Source of the DNA: Candidatus Parvarchaeum sp.
Lineage (GTDB): Archaea > Nanobdellota > Nanobdellia > Parvarchaeales > Parvarchaeaceae
Length of the DNA stretch: 64,000 bases
Direction of reading: 5' to 3'
NCBI GenBank assembly: GCA_049965555.1
Contig: JBMFWF010000001.1
Location: 1-64,000, forward strand
The notes under the pieces were generated by a model that saw nothing but the letters and a program-made list of their open reading frames with translations, was not told where the DNA came from and did no database searches. This document shows, piece after piece, positions 1 through 9,012 of this stretch (within the stretch, counting starts at the first letter, position 1; the number at the start of each line of letters is the position of its first letter). Both the position numbers and the translations under genes were made by a program.

Positions 1-219
1 GCTTATTATCTTTGCAGTGCCTCTTGTTGTTTCAAGGTTGCTTAAAGTAAGTATTGAATCTGCCTTATACTCCAATATCCTGCTGACAAAATCAAGGGCT
101 GCCTTTTCACCGAATTTATCGTATGTAGCGTAAAGCTCATTCTCAATCTCGGCGGAATAATCCATCACATCCAATGACTTTATTTCGTTTACAATTTTTT
201 CCAAAGAATTCTTTTCCAT
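1..219 (-). CDS. hypothetical protein, runs off window start
   Basis: Manual translation from ATG at 219: MEKNSLEKIVNEIKSLDVMDYSAEIENELYATYDKFGEKAALDFVSRILEY..., open to position 1; AGGAGG SD-like site just upstream. Confidence 0.7.
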   Translation of the reverse strand, partial: MEKNSLEKIVNEIKSLDVMDYSAEIENELYATYDKFGEKAALDFVSRILEYKADSILTLSNLETTRGTAKIIS

Positions 220-287
220 TTTTCCTCCTTTTTATTTAACAGATAAAAAATAGAACAATTATATTATTTAAACTTTATGAAAGATAT

Positions 288-386
288 TGGCCTGGCCGAG
301 ATTTGGACTCGGGACCCCTGCTTTTCCTAAAATGTTGGAGCATACTCATATAAGAGCAGTGCTCTACCGGGCTAAGCTACCAGGCC
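288..386 (-). tRNA. tRNA-Ile(UAU) with 25-nt intron at 37/38 (intron 324..348)
   Basis: Acceptor GGCCTGG/CCAGGCC, D arm GCTT/GAGC, anticodon stem CTGCT/AGCAG, loop CT-TAT-A|intron|A; BHB core CUUA:UAGG with 3-nt bulges; T arm CCGAG-TCCAAAT-CTCGG. Confidence 0.88.
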
Positions 387-435
387 ATAATGATTACTTT
401 AATAGATACTTTTAATATTTATAATTACTTATAAC

Positions 436-924
436 TTAAATGTATTCTTTAAGCTCCTGCAAAGTGATAGCTCTTACCGACAGCTTCTTCACAGAAAATT
501 CAACCGCTTCTCCAAGGACTGGAACCTCATAAAAACCCGAATCAGTGCCCCTGAAACCGTAGCTTTCTTCAAGCTCAGTTTTGATCCTCAATACCTTGTC
601 TGCTTGGTGATTATAGTTCAGCAGTATCTCCGTGTTTTCCTTTTCACTGTATTTCTGTTCCTTAAAAGCGTTTTTTATGATTGAATAGACCAATCTTCTA
701 AGCCTGTTTTCATTTTCAAAGTACTTTGGATTTATACAATATTTGACTGAATCCTCTGTGTAAAGCTTTGCGTATTTTCTATTGACAATCACTGAAGCGT
801 TGCCCTTTCTTTTAGCAGCATCTGCCAGCAGATTATAAAGCGGCGCTTCATCTTTCAGTTTATCCAGCCCTTCAACTGCCTGCTCATTTTTATCCGTCAA
901 AAGATCATTCAATTTCTGTTCCAT
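436..924 (-). CDS. hypothetical protein
   Basis: ORF track 436..939; ATG at 924 (MEQKLND) directly follows the upstream stop at 926; no recognisable motif. Confidence 0.65.
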   Translation of the reverse strand: MEQKLNDLLTDKNEQAVEGLDKLKDEAPLYNLLADAAKRKGNASVIVNRKYAKLYTEDSVKYCINPKYFENENRLRRLVYSIIKNAFKEQKYSEKENTEILLNYNHQADKVLRIKTELEESYGFRGTDSGFYEVPVLGEAVEFSVKKLSVRAITLQELKEYI

Positions 925-925
925 T

Positions 926-1756
926 TTACATATAGCCAAAAAGCCTAAGTTTTTCCATTACTCCCTCTTTATCCTGTGACCTTCCCGCTCTTTCTTTTGT
1001 GTGCTCAAGATCTTGCTCCCAAGCAGGCAAATCGCTTGTTTTCTTTGAATCGAATTTACCATCTATTGACCTGTAGCCCAGCTTATAAAGTGGATGCATT
1101 GGCAGTTTGTACTTGAAGATATACTCCCAAACATTCCTTTCGGTGAAGGGCAGTATTGGCTGCACCCTTACATGATCAGGATGAGTCCTCGGACTTACGA
1201 AAACCTCCATTGCCCTTGCTTCGTTTTCATCCCACCTTACACCTGTAAACAGCGCGTCAAATCTGTATTTTTCTATTGCCATATTCATCGCAACTGTTTT
1301 TAATAAGTGGTTTCCTACCTCTGTTTCCAGGCTATAATCAAACTCTTCTCCACTGAATCCTATTCTTCTAGCTTCGTCCTGGTTAACCTTGTTAAGGCTG
1401 CTTACCTTTATTTTATTGTTCGCTCCTACGTTCTTTATAACATCCTCATTCTTTGCGTATATCATCTTAAAGCCCCATTCCTTGCTTATGTCTTCAAGCA
1501 TTTTCATAGTTTCATCGTAATGCTGTCCATGATCTATGAATAATGCAGGAGGCAACTGCATACCTAAATCCTTGCATGCCCTTCTTACAAGATCTAGAAC
1601 GACAGTGCTATCTTTTCCTGCGCTCCAAACGACCGTTGGCCTGTTATATCTTTTCAGTGCATCCTTTATCACTATAAGGGCGATTTCTTCCTTAGCTTCT
1701 AGACTTAATCCTCCTTCTATCCTCTGCTTTTTTACAGAATACTGTTCATTTTCCAT
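926..1756 (-). CDS. PAPS reductase/CysD-like adenine nucleotide alpha-hydrolase family protein
   Basis: WSAGKDS PP-loop, IDHG, TGVRWDE, RVQPI..W, YRSI, ERAGR..DKE; start MENEQ chosen for AGGAGG SD upstream. Confidence 0.85.
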   Translation of the reverse strand: MENEQYSVKKQRIEGGLSLEAKEEIALIVIKDALKRYNRPTVVWSAGKDSTVVLDLVRRACKDLGMQLPPALFIDHGQHYDETMKMLEDISKEWGFKMIYAKNEDVIKNVGANNKIKVSSLNKVNQDEARRIGFSGEEFDYSLETEVGNHLLKTVAMNMAIEKYRFDALFTGVRWDENEARAMEVFVSPRTHPDHVRVQPILPFTERNVWEYIFKYKLPMHPLYKLGYRSIDGKFDSKKTSDLPAWEQDLEHTKERAGRSQDKEGVMEKLRLFGYM

Positions 1757-1766
1757 ATTTAACCTC

Positions 1767-1988
1767 CTACATGTAACCCAGTTTCCTGAGCTTATCCTCA
1801 AGATCAAGCACCCGCTCGTCTTTTTCTTTTCCTTCTTTTTTGTCTTCGTTGCTTTCAGAGACCAGCTCTCTAAGTAGGTATTCTACAAAGCTTGAAAGCG
1901 ATGTAAAACCTGTCCTCTCTATAAGTTTTTTGGCCTTATCAGCCAAAGGCTTAGGTATTGAAACCGTTGTAAATTTTTGTTCTTCCAT
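1767..1988 (-). CDS. ribbon-helix-helix (CopG-like) regulator
   Basis: TTVSIPKPL beta strand, GFTSLSSFVEYLLRE helix. Confidence 0.85.
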   Translation of the reverse strand: MEEQKFTTVSIPKPLADKAKKLIERTGFTSLSSFVEYLLRELVSESNEDKKEGKEKDERVLDLEDKLRKLGYM

Positions 1989-2059
1989 AATTACTAATAA
2001 TTATATATAATTACTAATATAAATACTTTTCTTTTTTAAAACGGCAAAATAAAAAAGAA

Positions 2060-2389
2060 TTACATTGAAAACAGGATAAAACCTAAAACAATTAATGGCA
2101 ATGCAATTGCATCGCCGTAGAAACCCGAGATATAAGTTCCTTGTATAAAAGAGGATGTAACTAATGCCGGATTTAAAACATACTCAATCAATGTCGCTAT
2201 ATAACTGGCGGAGATAGCAAGCATTCCTGCAAGTATAACAATCAAACCGATTACCTTCTTTTTTGAGTTTGCGAAAAATAGGACTAAAAACCTGTCCATC
2301 TTTCGCATATTAACATAGAACATAAGGAATGCTATGACCCATGCTGCTGCAATCAAAAGCGCTATAGGCAATGGAATACTGAAGCTCAT
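2060..2389 (-). CDS. small integral membrane protein
   Basis: 109 aa, about 3 hydrophobic segments; start overlaps upstream stop. Confidence 0.65.
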   Translation of the reverse strand: MSFSIPLPIALLIAAAWVIAFLMFYVNMRKMDRFLVLFFANSKKKVIGLIVILAGMLAISASYIATLIEYVLNPALVTSSFIQGTYISGFYGDAIALPLIVLGFILFSM

Positions 2390-2874
2390 GAGAACCTCCG
2401 GAAGTAATTAAAGTAAAGATCATACGAAAAGCCGGCTACTAAAATAGATAAAATCGCCAGAAGCCAAAAGGCTGCAATTAAACCATATACTAAGAATACT
2501 TTTGTAACTGCGTTTACTGCAAAAACCATCGTAGCCAAGAAGCCAAATAAAAGAAGGGTCTCTATTCTCTTAATAAAAACCTTTGACCGCTCTTTATTCA
2601 GAAAAAAGCCAGTCCATGGAGCCCTGTCCTTTGCATGCTTGGCATTGACAATTAATATCAGTACTACAAAGACGACTGTTAATAAGGCACCAATTAATGT
2701 TGCTATTCTTGCAGTTATCAATGCGATTTCAGCGAAGTATGTAAAACTTACAATGCTTATAGGTTTGAATACTACCGAAAAAGAAGCGCCTATATCTCCG
2801 CCTATGGCTACAACTGCGATTATGCTTATTGCTATAAGAACAATCAAATTAAGCTTTGTTTGACTAAACTGCAT
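2386..2874 (-). CDS. integral membrane protein
   Basis: 162 aa, about 4 hydrophobic segments. Confidence 0.65.
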   Translation of the reverse strand: MQFSQTKLNLIVLIAISIIAVVAIGGDIGASFSVVFKPISIVSFTYFAEIALITARIATLIGALLTVVFVVLILIVNAKHAKDRAPWTGFFLNKERSKVFIKRIETLLLFGFLATMVFAVNAVTKVFLVYGLIAAFWLLAILSILVAGFSYDLYFNYFRRFS

Positions 2875-2924
2875 ATTATCAATTATTTTTCTAGAAATAT
2901 AAACTTTAAAGGCTCAAATGAAAG

Positions 2925-4073
2925 TCATTTATAATTCTTTATTTTTTCTGGGTCGAACAAGTACTCTTCGACTCTGTCTTTCATTTCCTCTTTTTTAATT
3001 TTCAAGGACTCCAGGAAATTGGATATCGTTTCAGCTGCTATTTCCTTCATCTCTCCGCTTAATATCTTGCCAGATTTATATTCTTGATATACTTTGTCTA
3101 CCTTGCTTTGGTCTTCTTCTAAAAAGCTGTACTCTAGGAATGCAAAGTCTATGTCGGGATTTGCACCGTACTTTCTTTGCTCTTCCAACGTATCTCTGCC
3201 ACCGGAAAATGCATATTTCATCAGCTTCTTTCTAACCTGCTCTCTGCTGTCCTCTAAAAATATTGCACTTTCCTCCTTGGAAGAGGACATCTTTGCGGAA
3301 TTGCCTTGAAGTGCAGGAAGAAACTTTGATATTATTGCAGAAGGCTTGTAATACTTCAACTTAGGAAGCACATCTCTTGCAACCCTGAAATAGGGATCCT
3401 GGTCTATTGCATAAGGTATCAGGCACCTCATTTTCCTGCCGGTTAAAGCTGAAAGAAGGAAGGCAGGAGTTATCTGCATCGAAGGGAAGAAAAGCTTTCC
3501 TATATTATCGCTGTCATTCACTCCAAAAACTGCCTTTATTGTAGATACTGTAATATGCTTTGCAACGTCGGTTGCATAATAATAAAGAGTTTTAGCGCTT
3601 TTGTAATCCGCTATTATATGTGTCTTCTTCGGATCAAAACCCAGGCTTATTATATCTAAGATATTGTCATTTGTAAATTTCTCTATTTCGCTCTTTTCCT
3701 TACCGCCTACAAGAAACTTCTCATCATCAGTTAGCTGTATCAAAAGATCAACATTGAAAGTTTTCTGCAGCCAAAGAGTAAATGTAAACGGCAATAAGTG
3801 GCCGATATGCATTTTTCCGGAAGGACCCCTTCCCGTATAAAGGTAGAAAGGCTTGCCGTTTTCATAGTCATCTAAAACAAGATTAAGCTCCCTATGGGCA
3901 AAGAAAATATTTCTGCTGAGGAGGGGGTGAAGCTTTCCGTTTGCAATCTTTTTTATTCTGTTCAAAAGATTATCGCTTATTAAATCAACGCCGAATCTTT
4001 CAACCAATTTTGAGTAGGCATTGTCGTTTAGCTCTCCGCTTACTTCCCAAGGCGTTACCTTGAGTTTTTCCAT
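2925..4073 (-). CDS. trpS: tryptophanyl-tRNA synthetase (archaeal/eukaryal type)
   Basis: VTPWEV, YTGRGPS, HIGH, AIDQDPYFR, KMSSS. Confidence 0.97.
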   Translation of the reverse strand: MEKLKVTPWEVSGELNDNAYSKLVERFGVDLISDNLLNRIKKIANGKLHPLLSRNIFFAHRELNLVLDDYENGKPFYLYTGRGPSGKMHIGHLLPFTFTLWLQKTFNVDLLIQLTDDEKFLVGGKEKSEIEKFTNDNILDIISLGFDPKKTHIIADYKSAKTLYYYATDVAKHITVSTIKAVFGVNDSDNIGKLFFPSMQITPAFLLSALTGRKMRCLIPYAIDQDPYFRVARDVLPKLKYYKPSAIISKFLPALQGNSAKMSSSKEESAIFLEDSREQVRKKLMKYAFSGGRDTLEEQRKYGANPDIDFAFLEYSFLEEDQSKVDKVYQEYKSGKILSGEMKEIAAETISNFLESLKIKKEEMKDRVEEYLFDPEKIKNYK

Positions 4074-4106
4074 TTGAGTTTAATGCTATCTAAATATTAA
4101 TAGTTA

Positions 4107-4823
4107 TTAATCCAATACATCTAAAAGCTGTTTGAGCTCGTGTATAACTGCATCCGGATCATGTACTCCGGCATTAGGTGGCAGGTATTTGTCTATAAGA
4201 ACTGCTTTCATGCCCGCTTCTTTTGCATTGTCTATATCTGCATCCATCCTATCTCCTATCACTACTGTGTCCCTCGGTTCTGCATTCAAAAGCCTGGCAA
4301 TTTCAATAAAAGGGATGGGGCTGTTTTTTCTCTGCGGTATGTCCTCTCCCGCTATCAAAACCACATCAAAAAGCTTTATAAAATCCAAGCTATTGAGCCT
4401 TCTCCTCTTCAGGCCAGGCCTTACATCTGTGTCTGTCAAAAGCCCTAATTTTTTGCCCCTTGATTTTAAGGCCTTAAGGACCTCTTCAGTATCGCTTGAA
4501 TAGTTTATTTTTTCAAGTATGAAATCATAGAACAACTGGGCCAGCTTTTCCGCCTGTTTTTCATCCAGGTTTAAAGAAAGATTCTCGTTCAATTTCCTTA
4601 TGACCGCCTCTCTGTCATACTGTCTGGAAATCAATGGGACATCGTCAATAACTTCTTTCTGCGCCTTCAAAAGCTCCTGCATTAAATAACTTCTGTCCAG
4701 TCCGGAACTTGAAGAGATCAATTCAACAATCTTTGAATACGCACCGCTTATCGCAGAATGGGTGTCTACCAAAGTATTATCGAAATCAAATATTAATGCC
4801 TTTGCCTTAATTTTCTCTGACAT
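4107..4823 (-). CDS. HAD-family hydrolase
   Basis: FDFDNTL motif I, IGDRMDADI motif IV. Confidence 0.93.
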   Translation of the reverse strand: MSEKIKAKALIFDFDNTLVDTHSAISGAYSKIVELISSSSGLDRSYLMQELLKAQKEVIDDVPLISRQYDREAVIRKLNENLSLNLDEKQAEKLAQLFYDFILEKINYSSDTEEVLKALKSRGKKLGLLTDTDVRPGLKRRRLNSLDFIKLFDVVLIAGEDIPQRKNSPIPFIEIARLLNAEPRDTVVIGDRMDADIDNAKEAGMKAVLIDKYLPPNAGVHDPDAVIHELKQLLDVLD

Positions 4824-4827
4824 TTAA

Positions 4828-5010
4828 TCAGTCTTTTCTTTTACCGTTTACGGTTTTATTGTTCCAGGCATAAGCCTTCAGTTTTGAGCTTCTTCCATAG
4901 CCGCAATGCGAACAGTAATGCTTCCTCTTTAGGTAAGACTCTTTGCCGCACCTTCTGCACGTTACATGCGGCTGTTTTCTATTGTGCAAACCCATTGATG
5001 CTGTGCTCAT
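4828..5010 (-). CDS. rpl37e: 50S ribosomal protein L37e
   Basis: H.TCRRCG..SY...K..CS.CGYG zinc finger, downstream of Lsm. Confidence 0.96.
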   Translation of the reverse strand: MSTASMGLHNRKQPHVTCRRCGKESYLKRKHYCSHCGYGRSSKLKAYAWNNKTVNGKRKD

Positions 5011-5243
5011 ATAGTTGGAGAGATAAGGATTATGGTGTCACCCCTAACAAATACATTCCCTAGCTTTCTAAGTGTGTCTGCTTCCTTCTTTTCTTCTGCA
5101 TTCTCCAAAGTAACGTTTATGTGAACATCAAACGCTACTAATTTACCGGTTATGGCGTGGCCGTTCTTAAGCTCCACCAAAACCATCTTTCCCTTCGCTG
5201 AATTCAATAAATCCAGAGGCCTACTCAAAACATTTTCCGACAT
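5007..5243 (-). CDS. lsm: Sm/Lsm RNA-binding protein
   Basis: RPLDLL, GKLVAFDVHIN, VFVRGD; conserved Lsm-L37e pair. Confidence 0.95.
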   Translation of the reverse strand: MSENVLSRPLDLLNSAKGKMVLVELKNGHAITGKLVAFDVHINVTLENAEEKKEADTLRKLGNVFVRGDTIILISPTI

Positions 5244-5245
5244 AA

Positions 5246-6886
5246 TTAATCTCCATACCCTCCCATTCCACCAGGCGGCATCTGCGGCTGCTGGTTCGCA
5301 GACTTGCCTGCTGCTATAATATCGTCTATCCTAAGGATCATTACAGCGACCTCGCTTGCACTTTTTATCGCTTGTTTCTTAGTCCTTAGAGGCTCGATTA
5401 CTCCCTCTTTATACATATCAGACACCTGCGGCTTATATACATCTAAAAGGTTCACGCCTGCCCACGTTTTACCTTTTTGATGCTCTGCTCTTAATTCAAC
5501 GAGTATATCTATTGGGTCTAAGCCGGCATTTTCTGCAAGTGTTTTCGGAACTACCTCCAATGCATCAGCAAATGCATTTACAGCAAGCTGCTCTCTTCCT
5601 TCTAAACCGGTTGCAAAGTCCCTTAGGTTCTTTGAGACTTCAAGCTCGGCCGCTCCTCCACCGGCTACTATCGAACCTCCGTCTTCTATAACGGATTTAA
5701 GATCGCCCAAGCTGTCATCGATTGCCCTTTGTATCTCATCTACGACGTGCTCTGTTCCGCCCCTTACCAGGATAGTAACTGCCTTGGGGTTCTTGCATTC
5801 CTCTATCAATGCAAGAGTTTCACCTGCAAGTTTTTCAACGTGCACAATGCCTGCTTCTCCAAGGCTTTCCTTGCCTAATTCGTCAAGAGTCGCAACTACT
5901 TTTGCGCCTGTTGCCTTTCCAATCTTCTTCATGTCGCTTTCAGAAACCCTGCGAAATGCAAGTATTCCTGCCTTTGATAGGAAATGCTGCGCTGTATCAT
6001 CTATTCCCTTTTGTACTATCACTACATTTGCTCCTGACGCTTTTATCTTCTCAACCATCTCTCTAAGCATGTTTTCCTCTTCATCAAGGAATGCCTGCAA
6101 TTGCTCTGGTTTTTCTATCCTTATTTGTGCATCTATGTTTGTCTTCTCTATCTCTAGTGCAAGATTCAAAAGCGCTACCTTTGCATTTTTAATCTCATCA
6201 AGCATGTCAGGGTGTACCTTTTCCTTGTCTATTATTACTCCCTTTATCAACCTAGAATCCAACAAGCCGCCGCCGACCTTCTTCTCAACCTTTATGTCGT
6301 CTAAATCCAAAGTATCATTCTTTCCAGACATTGACTTAACGTGCTGAACTGCATCAACTATCAATGAAACTATGTGCGCATCTGCTCCTGTGCTTTTACC
6401 GACTATTGCTGTCTTGACTATCCTGCTTAGATCTTCCTTATTTGCTATATCAAGATGTAATTTTATCTTTTCTAATATTTCTTGCGCCTTGTTTGCTGCG
6501 AGCCTGTAGCCTCTGGCAACCAAAGTGGGGTGTATGCTCTGATCTAAAAGCGTTTCTGCGTTCTTAAGCAGCTCTCCCGCTATTATAACCGCTGTAGTGG
6601 TCCCGTCTCCGACCTCTTCTTCCTGTGTCTTAGCGACTTCTACTATCATCTTCGCCGCTGGATTCTCTATCTCCATGCTCTTTAAAACAGTTACTCCATC
6701 ATTTGTTATGGTTATATCTCCTATGTTATCAACGAGCATCTTGTCCATCCCTCTTGGGCCCAAAGTAGACTTAACTGCGTTTGCTACAGCCTTGGCCGCA
6801 GCTATATTATTCCTCTGTGCATCCTTCCCACTTGTCCTATTGTATCCTTCAGGTAAAATGAAAATCGGTTGTATTCCTTCTGCCAT
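5246..6886 (-). CDS. ths: thermosome (group II chaperonin) subunit
   Basis: [28 protein letters not shown] tail. Confidence 0.98.
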   Translation of the reverse strand: MAEGIQPIFILPEGYNRTSGKDAQRNNIAAAKAVANAVKSTLGPRGMDKMLVDNIGDITITNDGVTVLKSMEIENPAAKMIVEVAKTQEEEVGDGTTTAVIIAGELLKNAETLLDQSIHPTLVARGYRLAANKAQEILEKIKLHLDIANKEDLSRIVKTAIVGKSTGADAHIVSLIVDAVQHVKSMSGKNDTLDLDDIKVEKKVGGGLLDSRLIKGVIIDKEKVHPDMLDEIKNAKVALLNLALEIEKTNIDAQIRIEKPEQLQAFLDEEENMLREMVEKIKASGANVVIVQKGIDDTAQHFLSKAGILAFRRVSESDMKKIGKATGAKVVATLDELGKESLGEAGIVHVEKLAGETLALIEECKNPKAVTILVRGGTEHVVDEIQRAIDDSLGDLKSVIEDGGSIVAGGGAAELEVSKNLRDFATGLEGREQLAVNAFADALEVVPKTLAENAGLDPIDILVELRAEHQKGKTWAGVNLLDVYKPQVSDMYKEGVIEPLRTKKQAIKSASEVAVMILRIDDIIAAGKSANQQPQMPPGGMGGYGD

Positions 6887-6917
6887 ATTGTACCTCCTTC
6901 TAATAACTTATATATAT

Positions 6918-6974
6918 TCAATGCAATGTGCATTGATATCTCTAATAGAGCTTAATGTTATATTTAAAGTTTTC
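6918..6974 (-). promoter_or_regulatory. putative thermosome promoter (BRE/TATA) with downstream palindrome
   Basis: Minus strand GAAAACTTTAAATA at 6961-6974; perfect 8-bp inverted repeat TCAATGCA-N3-TGCATTGA at 6918-6936; GAAGGAGGT SD before the ATG. Confidence 0.5.
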
Positions 6975-7052
6975 TACACTTTTTAAATTCTTATTGAAAA
7001 AATTTAATTTAAACCATTAAAACTTTAAATTGAAAAAAACCATTTAACATAA

Positions 7053-8024
7053 ATGGACAGCCAATATAGCGAGATAAGAAAAGATTACAGAACCGGTTAT
7101 TATGCTGTGATAGTGCCTGGAAGAGAGCACAGGCCAAAAGAATTAGAAATAGAAGATAAGGGAGCAAAGAACCTTAAGGACTGCCCTTTTGAACCGGATA
7201 CTGTAGACAGAATAAACCTTGAGATAATGCATGTGAATGAACCTTGGACAACAATGGTCATAAGGAATAAATTTCCTGAATTAGACGGCCACACGCCGTT
7301 AGAATATGAAAACGGCTTTTTTACCTCTATATCTGGGTACGGATACAATGAAGTTTTGATAGAAAGTCCAAAGCATTTCGATAAATTTGAAAACATGGAC
7401 ATGAAAAAATCGCTTGAATGGCTGAATACGTTGATAGAAAGAGAAGAAGATCTGTATTCAAGGAATTACATAAAGCACGTTATGGTCTTTAAGAATTATG
7501 GAGCATCTGGAGGCGCAAGCATAGGCCATCCACACACGCAGATAATCGCATGGCCGGAGATTCTTGGCACGCCTGCAACAGAGATAGAGATAGCAAAGAC
7601 ATATCTAAAGGAGAACAATTCATGCATTTACGAAGATGCGATTAAAAGAGAGAATGGAAGAGTATTGTTTGAAACGGAACTGGTAGTAGCAATTGCACCT
7701 TATGGATCCAGATTCGCAGGCGAATCGATGATTTTACCAAAAAGACACATAAATTACATAATGGATTTAAGCCAAGGAGAAAAAGAGGAGCTTGTAGAAG
7801 GACTAAAAAAATTGATATTGACGAACAAAAAGCTCTTTGGAGAGCATGCATACAACTTTGTAATACATGAAAACAAGAAAGAGAAGGATTACCACCTGCA
7901 CATAGAAGTTTACCCTAGACTTTCTAACTTGGCAGGAATAGAACTTGGACAGAATGTATTCGTGAATACTATGGTTCCTGAGGATTACGTCAAAAAATTC
8001 AAGAAAGCTAATGAATCAATTTAG
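7053..8024 (+). CDS. galT: galactose-1-phosphate uridylyltransferase family (GalT) paralog 1
   Basis: CPF, NKFP, FKNYG..GGASIGHPHTQ, H.HIEVYPR. Confidence 0.9.
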   Translation: MDSQYSEIRKDYRTGYYAVIVPGREHRPKELEIEDKGAKNLKDCPFEPDTVDRINLEIMHVNEPWTTMVIRNKFPELDGHTPLEYENGFFTSISGYGYNEVLIESPKHFDKFENMDMKKSLEWLNTLIEREEDLYSRNYIKHVMVFKNYGASGGASIGHPHTQIIAWPEILGTPATEIEIAKTYLKENNSCIYEDAIKRENGRVLFETELVVAIAPYGSRFAGESMILPKRHINYIMDLSQGEKEELVEGLKKLILTNKKLFGEHAYNFVIHENKKEKDYHLHIEVYPRLSNLAGIELGQNVFVNTMVPEDYVKKFKKANESI

Positions 8025-8936
8025 GCCCTTTTCCTCAAGGAATTTTCTTGCATCTATCGCACACATGCTTCCCCAGCCCGCTGCTATAACAGCTTGCTTG
8101 TAGCGCCTATCCTGCACGTCTCCTGCTGCGAACACGCCTTCCTTGCTAGTCTTGGTAAAGTCCTTAGTTTTTATGTATCCATTTTCATCTAGATCAATAT
8201 AGTCCTTAAACAACTCCGTATTGGGCGTGTGGCCTATCGCTAGAAAAAGACCATCCGTTTTTATCTCGCTTTCCTCGTTCGTTTTCAGGTTTTTTATCTT
8301 GACGCCTTCTACATGCTCTTTTCCTAAAACATCCACCACTTCACTGTCCCAGATTATTTTTATCTTCTTGTTGGAAAGAACTCTGTCCTGCATTATTTTG
8401 CTTGCTCTGAATTCGTGCCTTCTGTGTATCAAAGTCACTGAATCGGTCAAAGTTGCGAGATAATTTGCATCCTCCATTGCGCTGTCTCCCCCTCCTACAA
8501 CAACGACTTTCTTGTTTTTAAAGAAGGCGCCATCGCAAACAGCACAGCCAGAAACGCCTTTTCCTATCAGCCTTTTTTCGTTCTCCAAACCCAGCCATCT
8601 TGCAGATGCACCCGTAGATATTATTATAGAATATGTTTCGTATTCTTTATCGCCAACGAAAACTTTGTAAGGATAAACATTTAGGTCAACCTTCGAAACA
8701 TTGTCGTCTATAACTTTGCATTTTAATGCCTTTACCTGCTCGGCCATCTTATCCATAAGATCTGGGCCAAGTATAGATTTAAAGCCTGGAAAATTTTCAA
8801 CTTCAGATGTAAGCATAAGCTGGCCTCCAACTTCAAAGCCCCTTATTAGTAAAGGATTCAAATCGTCTCTTGCTGCATATATAGCGGCCGTGTAGCCTGC
8901 CGGCCCAGAACCTATTATTATCAATTTTTCTACCAT
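8016..8936 (-). CDS. trxB: thioredoxin-disulfide reductase
   Basis: GSGPAGYTAA, CAVCDG, GGGDSAME, FAAGDV; ATG at 8951 is an alternative start. Confidence 0.96.
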   Translation of the reverse strand: MVEKLIIIGSGPAGYTAAIYAARDDLNPLLIRGFEVGGQLMLTSEVENFPGFKSILGPDLMDKMAEQVKALKCKVIDDNVSKVDLNVYPYKVFVGDKEYETYSIIISTGASARWLGLENEKRLIGKGVSGCAVCDGAFFKNKKVVVVGGGDSAMEDANYLATLTDSVTLIHRRHEFRASKIMQDRVLSNKKIKIIWDSEVVDVLGKEHVEGVKIKNLKTNEESEIKTDGLFLAIGHTPNTELFKDYIDLDENGYIKTKDFTKTSKEGVFAAGDVQDRRYKQAVIAAGWGSMCAIDARKFLEEKGLN

Positions 8937-9012
8937 TTTTTTATATGTCATACGATATAAATAAAGCTTTCTGTTAAGATAGTTTTTTATTTAAATAGAA
9001 ACTAATAAAGTA

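Noticed and set aside
1757-1807. Longer ORF-track starts (also coaD 15320, rnz 50117, tatD 50889, nuoJ 59094, nuoN 55113, 29208)
   Set aside because: Extensions overlap neighbouring genes or promoters and precede the conserved N-terminal motifs
5784-6347. Long antisense ORFs (also 15519..15836, 31386..31859, 42111..42623 and others)
   Set aside because: Shadows opposite well-supported genes, with no motifs of their own
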